Assembly: GCA_036787045.1 (NCBI GenBank)
Contig: DAIQQA010000005.1
Span: 14,772 to 78,771, forward strand
Length of the DNA: 64,000 bases
Source of the DNA: Burkholderiales bacterium
GTDB taxonomy: Bacteria > Pseudomonadota > Gammaproteobacteria > Burkholderiales > SHXO01
Direction: 5' to 3'
Shown here piece after piece: positions 31,972-41,443 of the stretch. Position numbers and translations under genes: made by a program. The notes beneath the pieces are model-generated. The model did no database searches and was not told the origin of the DNA. It saw nothing but the letters and a program-made list of their open reading frames with translations. Every line of letters starts with the position of its first letter. The stretch's first letter is position 1.

Positions 31972-33543
31972 ATGGCGGTTCCCCGTTCCCCCTATGCGCC
32001 GCGAAGCTTGCGCCAGCTTTCGCTTGCCACCATCGCCGCCTCGCTGCTTGCGGTGCTTGCCGGGCCGGCCCAGGCGCAGAGCAGCGTCTTCGACGACCTG
32101 CTCGAAAGGCTCAAGGAAAAGGGTGTCCTCAGCCAGGACGAATACGATGCCCTGAAGGCCGCACGCGACGAGGAGAACATGGAGCAGCGTGCCGAGCGTC
32201 GCCGGCAGGCCCTGCGGGAGGCGCAGGAGGCGGAAAAGCAGGAGAAGGCCAAGGAGGAGGCGAAGACCACGCTGAAGGGCAAGTTCGCCAACGGCTTCGT
32301 GTTCGAGACCGAGGACAAAGAGAACCGGCTGCAGTTCAGCGGCCGGGTCCAGGCCGACTACCGTACATTCAGTGACGACATCGCGGCGGACACATTCGAC
32401 ATCCGTCGCGCCTTCCTCACGGGACAGGGGCGGATTGCGAAGTACTACACATTCGACATTACCGCGGACTTCGCCAGCCCGTCCGGCAGCCCATCTAGCT
32501 TTCTCGACGTCGCCTGGCTCAATGCGGAGTGGTGGAAGCCGGTGCAGTTCCGCATCGGGCAGTACAAGATGCCGTTCAGCATGGACGAGCTGACCAGCGA
32601 CCTGTACCTCGACTACCTCGAGCGCGACATCGGCAACCCGCTGGTTCCGGCCAAGACCCGCGGCGTGATGGTGCATGGTGCGCCGCTGGGTGGGTTGACC
32701 TATGCGCTGGCGTATTCGAACCTGAACGGCAAGAACGCCAACGACGTGAACCAGACTGTCGACGGCAAGGAAGTCATCGGCCGGGTGACTGGAAACTTCG
32801 CGCAGTTCTTCTCTCTCAAGGACAGCGTCCTGCATCTGGGCGGCGCCTTTACCGACGGCACCATCCCTACCGTCAATGCGTCGTCCGGGACCACTGCCAA
32901 CAACGCTGCCCCCACCTTCCGGACGGAAGCGCGCGGCGTGAACTTCTTCACCCCGACAGCCTTCACGGGCGAGGATGTCCAGCGCAGACGCTACGGGCTG
33001 GAAGCAGCGGTTGCCCTGGGCCCGGTCAAGCTGCAGGGGGAATACATCACGTCCAATTACCAAGGTACGTCGGGTACAGGGGCAGACTACGACAAAGACC
33101 TCAAGGCGTCCTATCTGTCAGCGAGTTGGCTAATCAGCGGCGAGCAGTACGCGTCGTCCTACAAGGACGGTGGCTGGGGACGGATCATCCCAAAGAGTAA
33201 CTTCGCCCTCGGCGGGGGCGGCTGGGGCGCCTGGGAGCTGGGCCTGCGCTACAGCCAGTTCGACGGTACCGACTTCGGCTTCGTGTCGGCTTCGAACCCT
33301 GCGGGTACGGGTGCAGTCAACTGTGCGGTTGGTGCTGCCTGCGCATCGACTCTGAAGGCCAACGCGTGGACCCTGGGCCTCAAGTGGATCATGACGCCCA
33401 ACACGCGGCTGATGCTGAACTACGTGCAGACCAACTTCGACACGCCGGTCACCTTCACGCCGGCCGGTGGGACCACGGCGGGCACGCCCCAGAGCTTCGA
33501 CGAAGAACAAGCAATCATCTTCCGCGGGCAGCTGGATTTCTGA
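31972..33543 (+). CDS. phosphate-selective porin O/P family outer-membrane protein
   Basis: 523 aa. AGGAGAAG SD, signal peptide ending AQA-QS, charged coiled-coil N-terminal extension. Beta-barrel-like alternating sequence ending ...IIFRGQLDF with terminal Phe. Confidence 0.8.
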   Translation: MAVPRSPYAPRSLRQLSLATIAASLLAVLAGPAQAQSSVFDDLLERLKEKGVLSQDEYDALKAARDEENMEQRAERRRQALREAQEAEKQEKAKEEAKTTLKGKFANGFVFETEDKENRLQFSGRVQADYRTFSDDIAADTFDIRRAFLTGQGRIAKYYTFDITADFASPSGSPSSFLDVAWLNAEWWKPVQFRIGQYKMPFSMDELTSDLYLDYLERDIGNPLVPAKTRGVMVHGAPLGGLTYALAYSNLNGKNANDVNQTVDGKEVIGRVTGNFAQFFSLKDSVLHLGGAFTDGTIPTVNASSGTTANNAAPTFRTEARGVNFFTPTAFTGEDVQRRRYGLEAAVALGPVKLQGEYITSNYQGTSGTGADYDKDLKASYLSASWLISGEQYASSYKDGGWGRIIPKSNFALGGGGWGAWELGLRYSQFDGTDFGFVSASNPAGTGAVNCAVGAACASTLKANAWTLGLKWIMTPNTRLMLNYVQTNFDTPVTFTPAGGTTAGTPQSFDEEQAIIFRGQLDF

Positions 33544-33572
33544 CCCCCGGCGCGTGCGAAGGCGGCGAACCG

Positions 33573-33617
33573 GAAGGGCGCCCGGCCGGATCGGGTCAGG
33601 CGCCCTTTGTATTTCTC
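33573..33617 (+). terminator. rho-independent terminator after the porin gene
   Basis: GAAGGGCGCC ... GGCGCCCTTT 10-bp stem followed by GTATTTCTC. Begins 30 nt after the stop. Confidence 0.65.
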
Positions 33618-33732
33618 GCCTTCGGCAGTGCCCGCGTCGGCCGGACACCCGGCCAAACGGGGCTGCCGTGCTCCACGTCCGTATTCCCTCGCAGGAAATG
33701 CACTAGAATCCGAGCTTTTTGCAAGCTCGGGC

Positions 33733-34818
33733 ATGGCCCTTCTCGAGATTCGCAACGTCACACGGCGCTTCGGCGACTTCGTGGCGGTGGATGACGTCAG
33801 CCTATCGGTCGAAGCAGGGGAGTTCTTCTGCCTGCTCGGGCCCTCGGGCTGCGGCAAGACCACCTTGCTGCGGATGATCGCCGGGTTCGACGCCACCGAC
33901 GGCGGCAGCATCTGGCTGGACGGCCGCGACATGACGGGGATTCCACCGGAGGGGCGCAACGTCCACACGGTATTCCAGAGCTACGCGCTGTTCCCGCACA
34001 TGACCGTGGCGGAGAACATCGCATTCCCGCTCAAGATGGCGGGGCTCGCGCCGGCCGAAATCCAGGCGCGCGTCGAGGAGGCGCTCGAGGATGTGTCTCT
34101 GGCCGGGATGAGCGCGCGCTACCCCAACGCGCTGTCCGGCGGGCAGCGCCAGCGTGTGGCCGTGGCGCGCGCGCTGGTCAACCGCCCCAAGCTGCTGCTG
34201 CTGGACGAACCGCTGGCCGCGCTGGACGCCAAGCTCAAGGAGAAGATGCAGCTCGAGCTGATCACCCTGCAGAAAGAGATCGGCATCGCCTTCGTGTACG
34301 TGACCCATGACCAGCAGGAGGCGCTCGCGCTCGCGCACCGGATCGCGGTCATGAACAAGGGGCGCGTGGAGCAGCTCGACGAGCCGTCCAAGCTCTACGG
34401 CTATCCCAAGAACCGGTTCGTGGCGGACTTCATCGGGACGTGCAACATCCTCGACGCCGAAGTGCTGAGCGCCGACGGCGGACGCTTGCGTCTGCGCATC
34501 GCCGGGCTGGGCGAGGTCGATGCTGTGGACAGCGCCAGGGCGCCGGCGGGGGCCAAAGGTGCGCTGGCACTTCGGCCGGAGCAGGTCGCGATCAGCCGGC
34601 AGCTTGCGCCCGATTCGGACGAGAACCGCTTCACCGGGAAGGTGTTCGACTTCCTCTACCTGGGGGACGTGACGGTGTACGTGGTGGAGTTGGCCAATGG
34701 GAGCCGGATCGAGGCGATGCTGCCCAACTCGGCGCCCGGCCGCGCCAAGTTCTTCGAACCCGGCGACCCCGTGGAGATCGGCTGGTGCGTCGATGCCGGC
34801 CGATTCCTTGCCGACTGA
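33733..34818 (+). CDS. potA: polyamine (spermidine/putrescine-type) ABC transporter ATP-binding protein
   Basis: ATG 33733. Walker A GPSGCGKTT, signature LSGGQRQRVAVARAL, Walker B LLLLDEPLAALD. C-terminal TOBE-like regulatory domain. Confidence 0.85.
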   Translation: MALLEIRNVTRRFGDFVAVDDVSLSVEAGEFFCLLGPSGCGKTTLLRMIAGFDATDGGSIWLDGRDMTGIPPEGRNVHTVFQSYALFPHMTVAENIAFPLKMAGLAPAEIQARVEEALEDVSLAGMSARYPNALSGGQRQRVAVARALVNRPKLLLLDEPLAALDAKLKEKMQLELITLQKEIGIAFVYVTHDQQEALALAHRIAVMNKGRVEQLDEPSKLYGYPKNRFVADFIGTCNILDAEVLSADGGRLRLRIAGLGEVDAVDSARAPAGAKGALALRPEQVAISRQLAPDSDENRFTGKVFDFLYLGDVTVYVVELANGSRIEAMLPNSAPGRAKFFEPGDPVEIGWCVDAGRFLAD

Positions 34819-35713
34819 GGTGCGTGGTGTGACCGGCGGGCGCACCTCCAGGTGGCTGATCAGCGGCCCGCCGCTGGTCTACCTGCTGGTGTTCTTTGCC
34901 ATCCCCACGCTGATCATGGCGGTGGCATCGTTCCGTGAGCCCGGGCAGTTCGGCGGCCTGGCGCCGCTCCTGCTGGATGTGGACGGGCGCGCGAGCCTGA
35001 ACCTGACCACCGAGAACTATTCCCGCTTCTTCGGCAACCTCCTCTATACCCAGCTGTTCCTCAAGTCGCTCCTGTATGCGCTGATCACGACAATGGTCTG
35101 CCTGCTGGTCGCGTATCCACTGGCTCTGCTCATCGCCCGCAGCCCGAAGCGCCACCGCGATCTGCTCGTGCTGATGGTAATCCTGCCGTTCTGGAGCAAC
35201 TTCCTGATCCGCGTGTATGCCTGGATCATCATCCTCGGTCCCCAGTCGGTGTTCGTGGGCGCCCTGAACGTCGCGATTGGGGCTCTGGGGCTGGAGCCCG
35301 TCCGCCTGCTTTACACGCCTGCCGCAGTGGTGATCGGCCTGGTCTACGTCCATCTGCCGTTCATGGTGCTGCCGTTGTATGCCAACCTGGAGAAGCACGA
35401 TCCGGCGTTGCTCGACGCCGCCCAGGACCTCGGCGCGGGCGCCTGGGAGCGGTTCTGGCGCGTTACCTTCCCGCTGTCGCTGCCCGGTGTGTACGCAGGG
35501 GCGGCGCTGGTCTTCATCCCGGCGTTCGGCATTTTCGCCATCCCGGACCTGCTCGGTGGGACCAGCGGGACCATGATCGGCAACGTGATCAAGCAGCAGT
35601 TCCTGGACAGCCGAGACTGGCCCTTCGGCAGCGTGCTCTCGATGGTCCTGACTGCGATGGCGATCGTGCTCGCCGGCGTGGCAGCCTGGTTTGCCCGGAG
35701 AACGCGGCTGTGA
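34793..35713 (+). CDS. potB: ABC transporter permease (PotB-like)
   Basis: Polytopic ORF with a BPD-transport EAA-type loop (AAQDLGAGAWERFWRVTFPLSLPG). Start uncertain: ATG 34793 or GTG 34820. Confidence 0.8.
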   Translation: MPADSLPTEVRGVTGGRTSRWLISGPPLVYLLVFFAIPTLIMAVASFREPGQFGGLAPLLLDVDGRASLNLTTENYSRFFGNLLYTQLFLKSLLYALITTMVCLLVAYPLALLIARSPKRHRDLLVLMVILPFWSNFLIRVYAWIIILGPQSVFVGALNVAIGALGLEPVRLLYTPAAVVIGLVYVHLPFMVLPLYANLEKHDPALLDAAQDLGAGAWERFWRVTFPLSLPGVYAGAALVFIPAFGIFAIPDLLGGTSGTMIGNVIKQQFLDSRDWPFGSVLSMVLTAMAIVLAGVAAWFARRTRL

Positions 35714-36480
35714 GGCGTTCCCGCTGGCTGTGGGCGGCTGCGATCGGCGGCTACGCGTTCCTGTATTCGCCGCTGGCGATCGTGGTGGCCTACTCGTTCA
35801 ACGATTCCACCATGAACGCGCAATGGGTGGGTTTCACCCTGGACTGGTACCGCAAGCTGTTCCGTAACGAGGAGATGCTGACGGCAGCGCGCAACTCGCT
35901 CGTGATCGGCCTGGTCGCGAGTGCGGTGTCGACGGTCCTGGGGACCATGGCCGGCTTTGCATTGTACCGCTACCGACTTCGCTTGCTGCCCGTCCTGGTG
36001 CTCGCCCCGATCGCGATCCCGGAAATCCTCATGGGGGTGAGCCTGCTGTTGTTCTTTGTGATGATCAATCTGACTCTGGGCATGCTGTCCATCGCGCTGG
36101 CGCACATCGCGTTCTGCATCGGGTTCGTTGCCATCGTCGTGCGCTCGCGACTGGCGGGGATGGACGAGAGCCTCACCGAAGCCGCCAGAGACCTCGGCGC
36201 GACGCCGTGGCAGGCCTTCCGGCTGGTGACCCTTCCGCTCATCATGCCCGGGGTAGTGGCCGGCGCGTTGATGGCGTTTACTCTTTCGATCGATGATTTC
36301 GTCATCACCTTCTTCACCGCGGGGCCGGATTCCAAGACTCTCCCGCTGGCGATCTACACCATGGTCAAGATCACGGTGACACCGGAGGTCAACGCCGTGT
36401 CGACATTGCTCATGCTTGTCACGCTCGTCCTGATCCTGGTGGCCTCCCGACTCTCGCCGAGCGCGCTGCGCAGCCGGTGA
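35710..36480 (+). CDS. potC: ABC transporter permease (PotC-like)
   Basis: 256 aa. EAA loop AARDLGATPWQAFRLVTLPLIMPG. Overlaps the potB stop by 4 nt. Confidence 0.85.
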   Translation: MRRSRWLWAAAIGGYAFLYSPLAIVVAYSFNDSTMNAQWVGFTLDWYRKLFRNEEMLTAARNSLVIGLVASAVSTVLGTMAGFALYRYRLRLLPVLVLAPIAIPEILMGVSLLLFFVMINLTLGMLSIALAHIAFCIGFVAIVVRSRLAGMDESLTEAARDLGATPWQAFRLVTLPLIMPGVVAGALMAFTLSIDDFVITFFTAGPDSKTLPLAIYTMVKITVTPEVNAVSTLLMLVTLVLILVASRLSPSALRSR

Positions 36481-36653
36481 TCCCGGGCGCTGCTGCCGCG
36501 GCGGTACTTGACGTATGCTTAGCCGGTTGCGGGAAGTCCCGCCACGCGAGCGCCGGACCGACCTCAGCCGCAGCGTGCGCACAGCCGCCGGTTGACGCCG
36601 GCCGAAATCGTTTTCGGCATTCCCTCAACAACCAACCCAAAAGGAGACCCCGG

Positions 36654-37721
36654 ATGAGATTCACCAAGCTGCTGCTGCTGGGACTGGCTGTCGCGCTGGG
36701 CGCCTGCGCGAAGAAGGAGGAGGTCTTCCACCTCTACAACTGGAACCAGTACATTGCGCCCGAGACGGTGGAGCGGTTCGAGAAGCTCTGCGAGTGCAAG
36801 GTGGAGCAGAGCTACTACTCGGACAACTCCGAGCTGATGGCCAAGATCACCGGCGGATCGAAGGGCTACGACGTGCTGGTGCCAACCTCGAACTACGTTT
36901 CCGATCTCGCCAACGGCGGCTACCTCCAACCCATCGACAAGGCGCGGGTCCCCAACCTCAAGAACATCAGCCCGGCCTATCTCGACACCGAGTTCGATCC
37001 GGGCAACCAGTACTCTGTCCCCTACGCTTATACGGTCACGATGCTCGGCTATAACGACAAGAAGATGGAGGAGCTGGGCGTGACGGTGGATTCGTGGGCG
37101 GCCATCTTCGATCCGGCGATCCTAGAGAAGGTCAAGGGACGCGTCACGGTGCTCGACAGCCAGGACGAGTTGGTTGCCGCCGCGCTCAAGTACCTGGGGT
37201 ACTCGGTCAACGAGCGCGATCCTGCGAAGTGGGAAGAAGCCAAGCAGGTCATCCTCAAGGCCAAGCCCTACTGGGCGGCGTTCAAGGCCTCGGGTTACAT
37301 CGAGCTGCTGGCCGCCGGCGACATCTGGATCGCACACGGCTATTCCAACGACGTCTACCAGGCCGACCTCGGGGCGCAACAGGCCGGCAAGGACTTCCGG
37401 ATCAAGCATGCCATGCCGAAGGAGGGGGCGGTGCTGGCGCTCGACGCGATGGTCATCGCCAAGGACGCGCCGCGTGCCGACCTGGCACACAAGTTCATCG
37501 ACTTCATGCTGGAGGGGCAGAACTCGGCCGACCTGACCAACATGCTGGGTTCGGGTAACCCCAACACCGCGGCCATGGAGTTCATCAAGCCCGAGATCAA
37601 GGCGATGTCGGCGGTGTTTCCGGACGAGGAGACTGCCAAGAAGCTGGAAATGCTCAAGCCGATGAACCCCGACGAGCGGCGCATGGCCAACCAGATCTGG
37701 ACCGAGATCAAGGCCGAGTAG
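36654..37721 (+). CDS. potD: polyamine-binding periplasmic lipoprotein (PotD/PotF family)
   Basis: ATG 36654 preceded by AAGGAG. Lipobox LGAC. LYNWNQYIAPETVERFEK block typical of PotD/PotF. Confidence 0.85.
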   Translation: MRFTKLLLLGLAVALGACAKKEEVFHLYNWNQYIAPETVERFEKLCECKVEQSYYSDNSELMAKITGGSKGYDVLVPTSNYVSDLANGGYLQPIDKARVPNLKNISPAYLDTEFDPGNQYSVPYAYTVTMLGYNDKKMEELGVTVDSWAAIFDPAILEKVKGRVTVLDSQDELVAAALKYLGYSVNERDPAKWEEAKQVILKAKPYWAAFKASGYIELLAAGDIWIAHGYSNDVYQADLGAQQAGKDFRIKHAMPKEGAVLALDAMVIAKDAPRADLAHKFIDFMLEGQNSADLTNMLGSGNPNTAAMEFIKPEIKAMSAVFPDEETAKKLEMLKPMNPDERRMANQIWTEIKAE

Positions 37722-37730
37722 CGGGGCAGA

Positions 37731-38702
37731 CTAGTTCGCCGGCGGGCCCGACAGAAACGCGCTCTGGAATGCGGCGATAAAGCGCTCCAGGTCGCGTGCC
37801 GGTAGCAGGGTTATGCCGGCCGCTGCGGGCCGCCCGCCGCCCGTGGTAAACCCTCGGCACAGCACATCCGCGCCCTGGGGGCGGGCCTGGGGCGCGCGCA
37901 CGCTCACGGTGAAGCCGTCGCCCTTCTGCACCAGCACGGCATGGGCACGTTCGGGGTTGGCGGTGGCGAGGTAGTTCGCCCAGGGACCGTTGACCCGCCG
38001 CGACCAGCTCGCGTCCGGCAAGAGGGTCAACAGGTGTGTGGCGGTAGCCAGAAGGGGATCCGCTTCCGCCGCACGTCCGAGATCGGACCGGTAGGCGGTG
38101 CGTAACTCCTCGAACGCGGGATCGTGCGCCGCAAACTCGAGGGGGTCGTCGAAGCTTGCCAGGCGGCGATACAGCGCCGCCGGGTGAAAGTGCAGATCGT
38201 CCACCGAATCGCCATAGGCGTTGTAGTTGAGGCACTCCCCCAGACTGCGCAGGGTATCGAGCTGAGCCGCCGTGAGCTGTAGCGGCTTCGCCGCTTCCAG
38301 CGCCTGGCGTGGGAGGTTGTCTCCGAAGGCTGCCGCCACCGCCCACGCCCGGAACCGACCTCCCAGCCACGCGTCCACCAGCAAGCTGGTGCAAACCTCG
38401 GGCGTGTAGCTGATATGTGCCTGCAGCCCCGGATGCACGAGCGCCGGGCCTGGGAAGTGGTGGTCGAAGTACAGGCAGGTGGCTCCGGCTTCCAGCGCCG
38501 CCAACAGCGCGTCCCGGTTATCGTGCAGCGATACGTCGAGGACCGTCAGCCGGTCGCCCGCCTGCGCGTGGACCCGCCCGACCAGCGCGATCTCGCGCTT
38601 GGCACCGGTAACGAGCTCAGCTGCGAGCGGCTCATGCAGCCTGAGCTGGCGCAGCGCGCAAAGACCGTCGGCATCGCCGTTGAAGATGTCGTAGGCGGGC
38701 AC
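37731..38702 (-). CDS. DHH-family phosphoesterase-like protein
   Basis: 323 aa, GTG start. N-terminal NGDADG (DxD-type) and FDHHFPG (DHH) motifs. Function not inferable from sequence. Confidence 0.55.
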   Translation of the reverse strand: MPAYDIFNGDADGLCALRQLRLHEPLAAELVTGAKREIALVGRVHAQAGDRLTVLDVSLHDNRDALLAALEAGATCLYFDHHFPGPALVHPGLQAHISYTPEVCTSLLVDAWLGGRFRAWAVAAAFGDNLPRQALEAAKPLQLTAAQLDTLRSLGECLNYNAYGDSVDDLHFHPAALYRRLASFDDPLEFAAHDPAFEELRTAYRSDLGRAAEADPLLATATHLLTLLPDASWSRRVNGPWANYLATANPERAHAVLVQKGDGFTVSVRAPQARPQGADVLCRGFTTGGGRPAAAGITLLPARDLERFIAAFQSAFLSGPPAN

Positions 38703-38798
38703 AACCCTGACTATCGACCTGCGGGGAGCGCTCTGGTCAAATAGCGCTATCAGCTCGACAGCGGGCCGGCGGGCAGAGGTCCGAGCTGATGACGCATC

Positions 38799-39917
38799 AT
38801 GAACCGATCACGGACAGCGGCACACGGGCACGGCCCGATCCGGCACAGGGGATCAGCCCGACGCTCGCGGCTGGTATCCTACCTGGGCGTAGGCTACACC
38901 CTACTGGTGGCCTATGCCACCTTGTACCCCTTCCGCAGCTGGCGGGCGCCGGTAGACGGCCCCTTCAGCTTCATTCTCGCTGCGTGGCCGCGTTACTACA
39001 CGTTCTTCGAGCTGCTGGTCAACGTACTGGCGTACCTGCCGCTCGGGTTCCTGCTCGCGCTCACCGCGCTGCCCTGGATGGCGCCACGCTGGGCGGCGAT
39101 CGCGGCGACCCTGGCGGGGACCGCCCTCAGCCTGGCCCTCGAGGCAGCACAGGGCCTCATACCGGGGCGGGTATCGTCCAATCTGGATCTGCTCAACAAC
39201 GGTCTGGGGGCGATGCTGGGTGCCCTGCTCGCGGTGACCATGGGCGCGCGCTGGGTTCTCAGCGGAACCCTCTATCAGCTGCGGCAGCGGGTGTTCCTGC
39301 CAGGCGCCTCTGTCGATCTCGGTTTTGTTGTCGTGCTGCTGTGGCTGTTCACTCAGCTCAACCCGGAGCTATGGCTGTTCGGGAACGGCGATATCCGCAC
39401 CCTGCTGCATGGGACCGCCAACCTGGAGTTCAGCCCGGCGACTTATCGCTGGATCGAAACCGGGGTCGCGGCGTTCAACCTCGCTGGCATCTGTCTGCTC
39501 ACGCTTGCGCTGGCCCGTCCCGGGCAGAGCCTGGCCGGCCCGCTGCTCGCGCTCATCACCGTGGCGTTGGCGTTGAAGAGCTTCGCGGCGCTCACGCTGT
39601 TCAATCCTGGCGATGCAGCGCTCTGGCTCACTCCGGGCTCCATGCTCGGGATCCCCGCCGGGCTGATTCTCTACCTGGTCCTCGCCCGCTTGCCGCGCCG
39701 GGGCGCGATCCTATCGGCCATCGCGTTGCTGCTTGCCGGGGCTGCGCTGCTCAACAGCGCTCCAGAGAACCCATACATCCAGGCGGCGGTCCAGACCTGG
39801 CGCTATGGCCATTTCCTGAGCTTCAACGGGCTGACGCAGTTCGTTTCCAGCGCATGGCCTGTCGTTGCCTCCGCCTACCTGCTTTGGCTGCTGCGGGTAC
39901 GCCTGCACCCGGACTGA
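38799..39917 (+). CDS. VanZ-like family membrane protein
   Basis: 372-aa polytopic ORF. N-terminal YTLLVAYATLYPFRSW and EAAQGLIPGRVSSNLDLLNNGLGA blocks typical of the VanZ-like domain. Confidence 0.6.
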   Translation: MNRSRTAAHGHGPIRHRGSARRSRLVSYLGVGYTLLVAYATLYPFRSWRAPVDGPFSFILAAWPRYYTFFELLVNVLAYLPLGFLLALTALPWMAPRWAAIAATLAGTALSLALEAAQGLIPGRVSSNLDLLNNGLGAMLGALLAVTMGARWVLSGTLYQLRQRVFLPGASVDLGFVVVLLWLFTQLNPELWLFGNGDIRTLLHGTANLEFSPATYRWIETGVAAFNLAGICLLTLALARPGQSLAGPLLALITVALALKSFAALTLFNPGDAALWLTPGSMLGIPAGLILYLVLARLPRRGAILSAIALLLAGAALLNSAPENPYIQAAVQTWRYGHFLSFNGLTQFVSSAWPVVASAYLLWLLRVRLHPD

Positions 39918-39975
39918 CACTTCACGGGAATACAGTATGCTAGAGACCTGTGCACCTGTGCGCATGGGCGTCGGG

Positions 39976-40401
39976 ATGAGGATTATCGCTGCGGCTGGCG
40001 TGCTGCTCGCGGCGGCGGCGCTGCCGCTGCGCGCCGAGCCGCCGAGCTTCGAGGATTTTTTCCGTGGCGTGAGCGGGTGCAGCCTGGAGATGGCGCGCTA
40101 TCGGGCCATAGTGGATGCGGCCAGCGACGGGGTCGTGATCGCGCTGCCGAATGGCGGCGCGGTGCGGGGGCTGCTGATCAACGCGTTCTATTTCTCGCCC
40201 GGGCGCGGCGGCAATGGGGACGACTATGGACTGCTGTTCAATGCTCCGATAGAAGCAGTGGCACGCAGCTTCCCCGAATTCGCCGGTCGGCAGACGGTCA
40301 ACGGGCACGTGCGTCGATTGCTGCGGCTGTCCGACGAGACGGGTGACCGCAGCGCGCGTCGCAAGACCTTGCTCATGTGCACGGGGGGTACACCGGTCTG
40401 A
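39976..40401 (+). CDS. hypothetical exported protein
   Basis: ATG 39976 gives signal peptide MRIIAAAGVLLAAAALPLRA-EP. No recognisable domain. Confidence 0.45.
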   Translation: MRIIAAAGVLLAAAALPLRAEPPSFEDFFRGVSGCSLEMARYRAIVDAASDGVVIALPNGGAVRGLLINAFYFSPGRGGNGDDYGLLFNAPIEAVARSFPEFAGRQTVNGHVRRLLRLSDETGDRSARRKTLLMCTGGTPV

Positions 40402-40584
40402 CGCGGCGGTAGCGATGGTCAAGCGATTGTGAACGGCAACAGGCGAGGGGCTGACCCTCAGCGGCGCGGCCGGGCGCTGTGCGTCCCGGGTCTTGGCCGC
40501 CCTCGAGCCGGGTTACCCGCGTCGCCAGAGGCGTGCGGGTGCCATTGCCCCCGCGCCGGGTGCCCCTCCCCAGGCGCCCGTCCG

Positions 40585-40600
40585 TGGCACGGCTCTTGCA
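40585..40600 (+). promoter_or_regulatory. candidate sigma54 (-24/-12) promoter of the receiver-Hpt-OmpR operon
   Basis: Exact TGGCAC-ggctc-TTGCA, 78 nt upstream of ATG 40678, in a 276-nt gene-free spacer. Three copies of CGGGTGCC nearby (40536, 40557, 40648). Confidence 0.55.
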
Positions 40601-40677
40601 AAAGTCCGCACGCAGAACAAGAAAGGGCGCCCTTGGCGGTGCAACGACGGGTGCCCATCGAGAGACCAACGTGGGTC

Positions 40678-41076
40678 ATGCACATGGCACAGCCGGGATC
40701 GGCGGTACTCGTGGCCGAAGACAACGAAGACATCAGGGAGCTGGTCGTCCACCAGTTGCGACGCATGGGGGTACAGGTTCTACAGGCCGGCAACGGTCGT
40801 CAAGCAATCGATCTGGCCCTCGCCGAACAGCCGGCACTGGTGCTCATGGATATGGATATGCCCGTCATGAGCGGGTTCGAGGCGGTGGCACAGCTGCGCC
40901 TGCGCGGCTATACCAAGCCAATCCTCGCGCTCACCGGGTACAACGAAGGGCCCGAAGCCGAGCGCGCATTGTCCAGCGGCTGCGACGGGCTGTTGGGTAA
41001 GCCGATCTGCAGCGATGTGCTGCGAGCCAGGGTGAATCAGGTGCTCGCGCAAGCCGCGCCGGGGACACAGGCATGA
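40678..41076 (+). CDS. single-domain response regulator (CheY-like receiver)
   Basis: VLVAEDNEDIRE, phospho-acceptor context LVLMDMDMPVMSG, ILALTGY, LLGKP. Start at ATG 40678 or 40684. Confidence 0.85.
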   Translation: MHMAQPGSAVLVAEDNEDIRELVVHQLRRMGVQVLQAGNGRQAIDLALAEQPALVLMDMDMPVMSGFEAVAQLRLRGYTKPILALTGYNEGPEAERALSSGCDGLLGKPICSDVLRARVNQVLAQAAPGTQA

Positions 41077-41402
41077 CACCCACCGGACGCCTTGGCGACA
41101 GCCTGCAGCCACGCGTAGTATGGCTCGAGAAGGACCTGGAACAGCTGGTTACCCGCTTTCTCAAGCGCAAACAGGCGGAGCTCGTACTGATGCGAGAAGC
41201 CCTGGCGGCCTCGGACTTTGAAACTATCCGCCGGCTGGGGCACGACCTGAAGGGTGCGGGCGAGGGGTTCGGGTTCCCCGAGCTCTCCATCCTTGGCGCC
41301 AAACTCGAACTCGCGGCCAAGGCGCGTGACGCCGAGCAGGTCGCAGCCCATTCCGCAACCATGGAGCGTTATCTCGGCCGCCTGCAGGTGCGCTTCGAGT
41401 AG
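41073..41402 (+). CDS. Hpt (histidine phosphotransfer) domain protein
   Basis: 109 aa. HDLKGAGEGFG matches the HxxKG phosphotransfer motif. ATGA overlap with the receiver gene stop. Confidence 0.8.
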   Translation: MTPTGRLGDSLQPRVVWLEKDLEQLVTRFLKRKQAELVLMREALAASDFETIRRLGHDLKGAGEGFGFPELSILGAKLELAAKARDAEQVAAHSATMERYLGRLQVRFE

Positions 41403-41443
41403 CGCAGCCGCACCTGCAGGCGGACGCCTTCCGCCCCCACATC

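Noticed and set aside
33733-37721. ABC importer next to the phosphate porin as a phosphonate (PhnSTUV-type) transporter under Pho control
   Set aside because: The binding protein matches the PotD/PotF N-terminal block. A terminator separates the importer from the porin, and I saw no Pho box in the 33544-33732 spacer.
40429-40677. Upstream extension of the receiver ORF and five other ORFs in the 40402-40677 spacer
   Set aside because: All are Arg/Gly/Pro-rich with no motifs. The region is better explained as regulatory, holding the sigma54 promoter and repeats.
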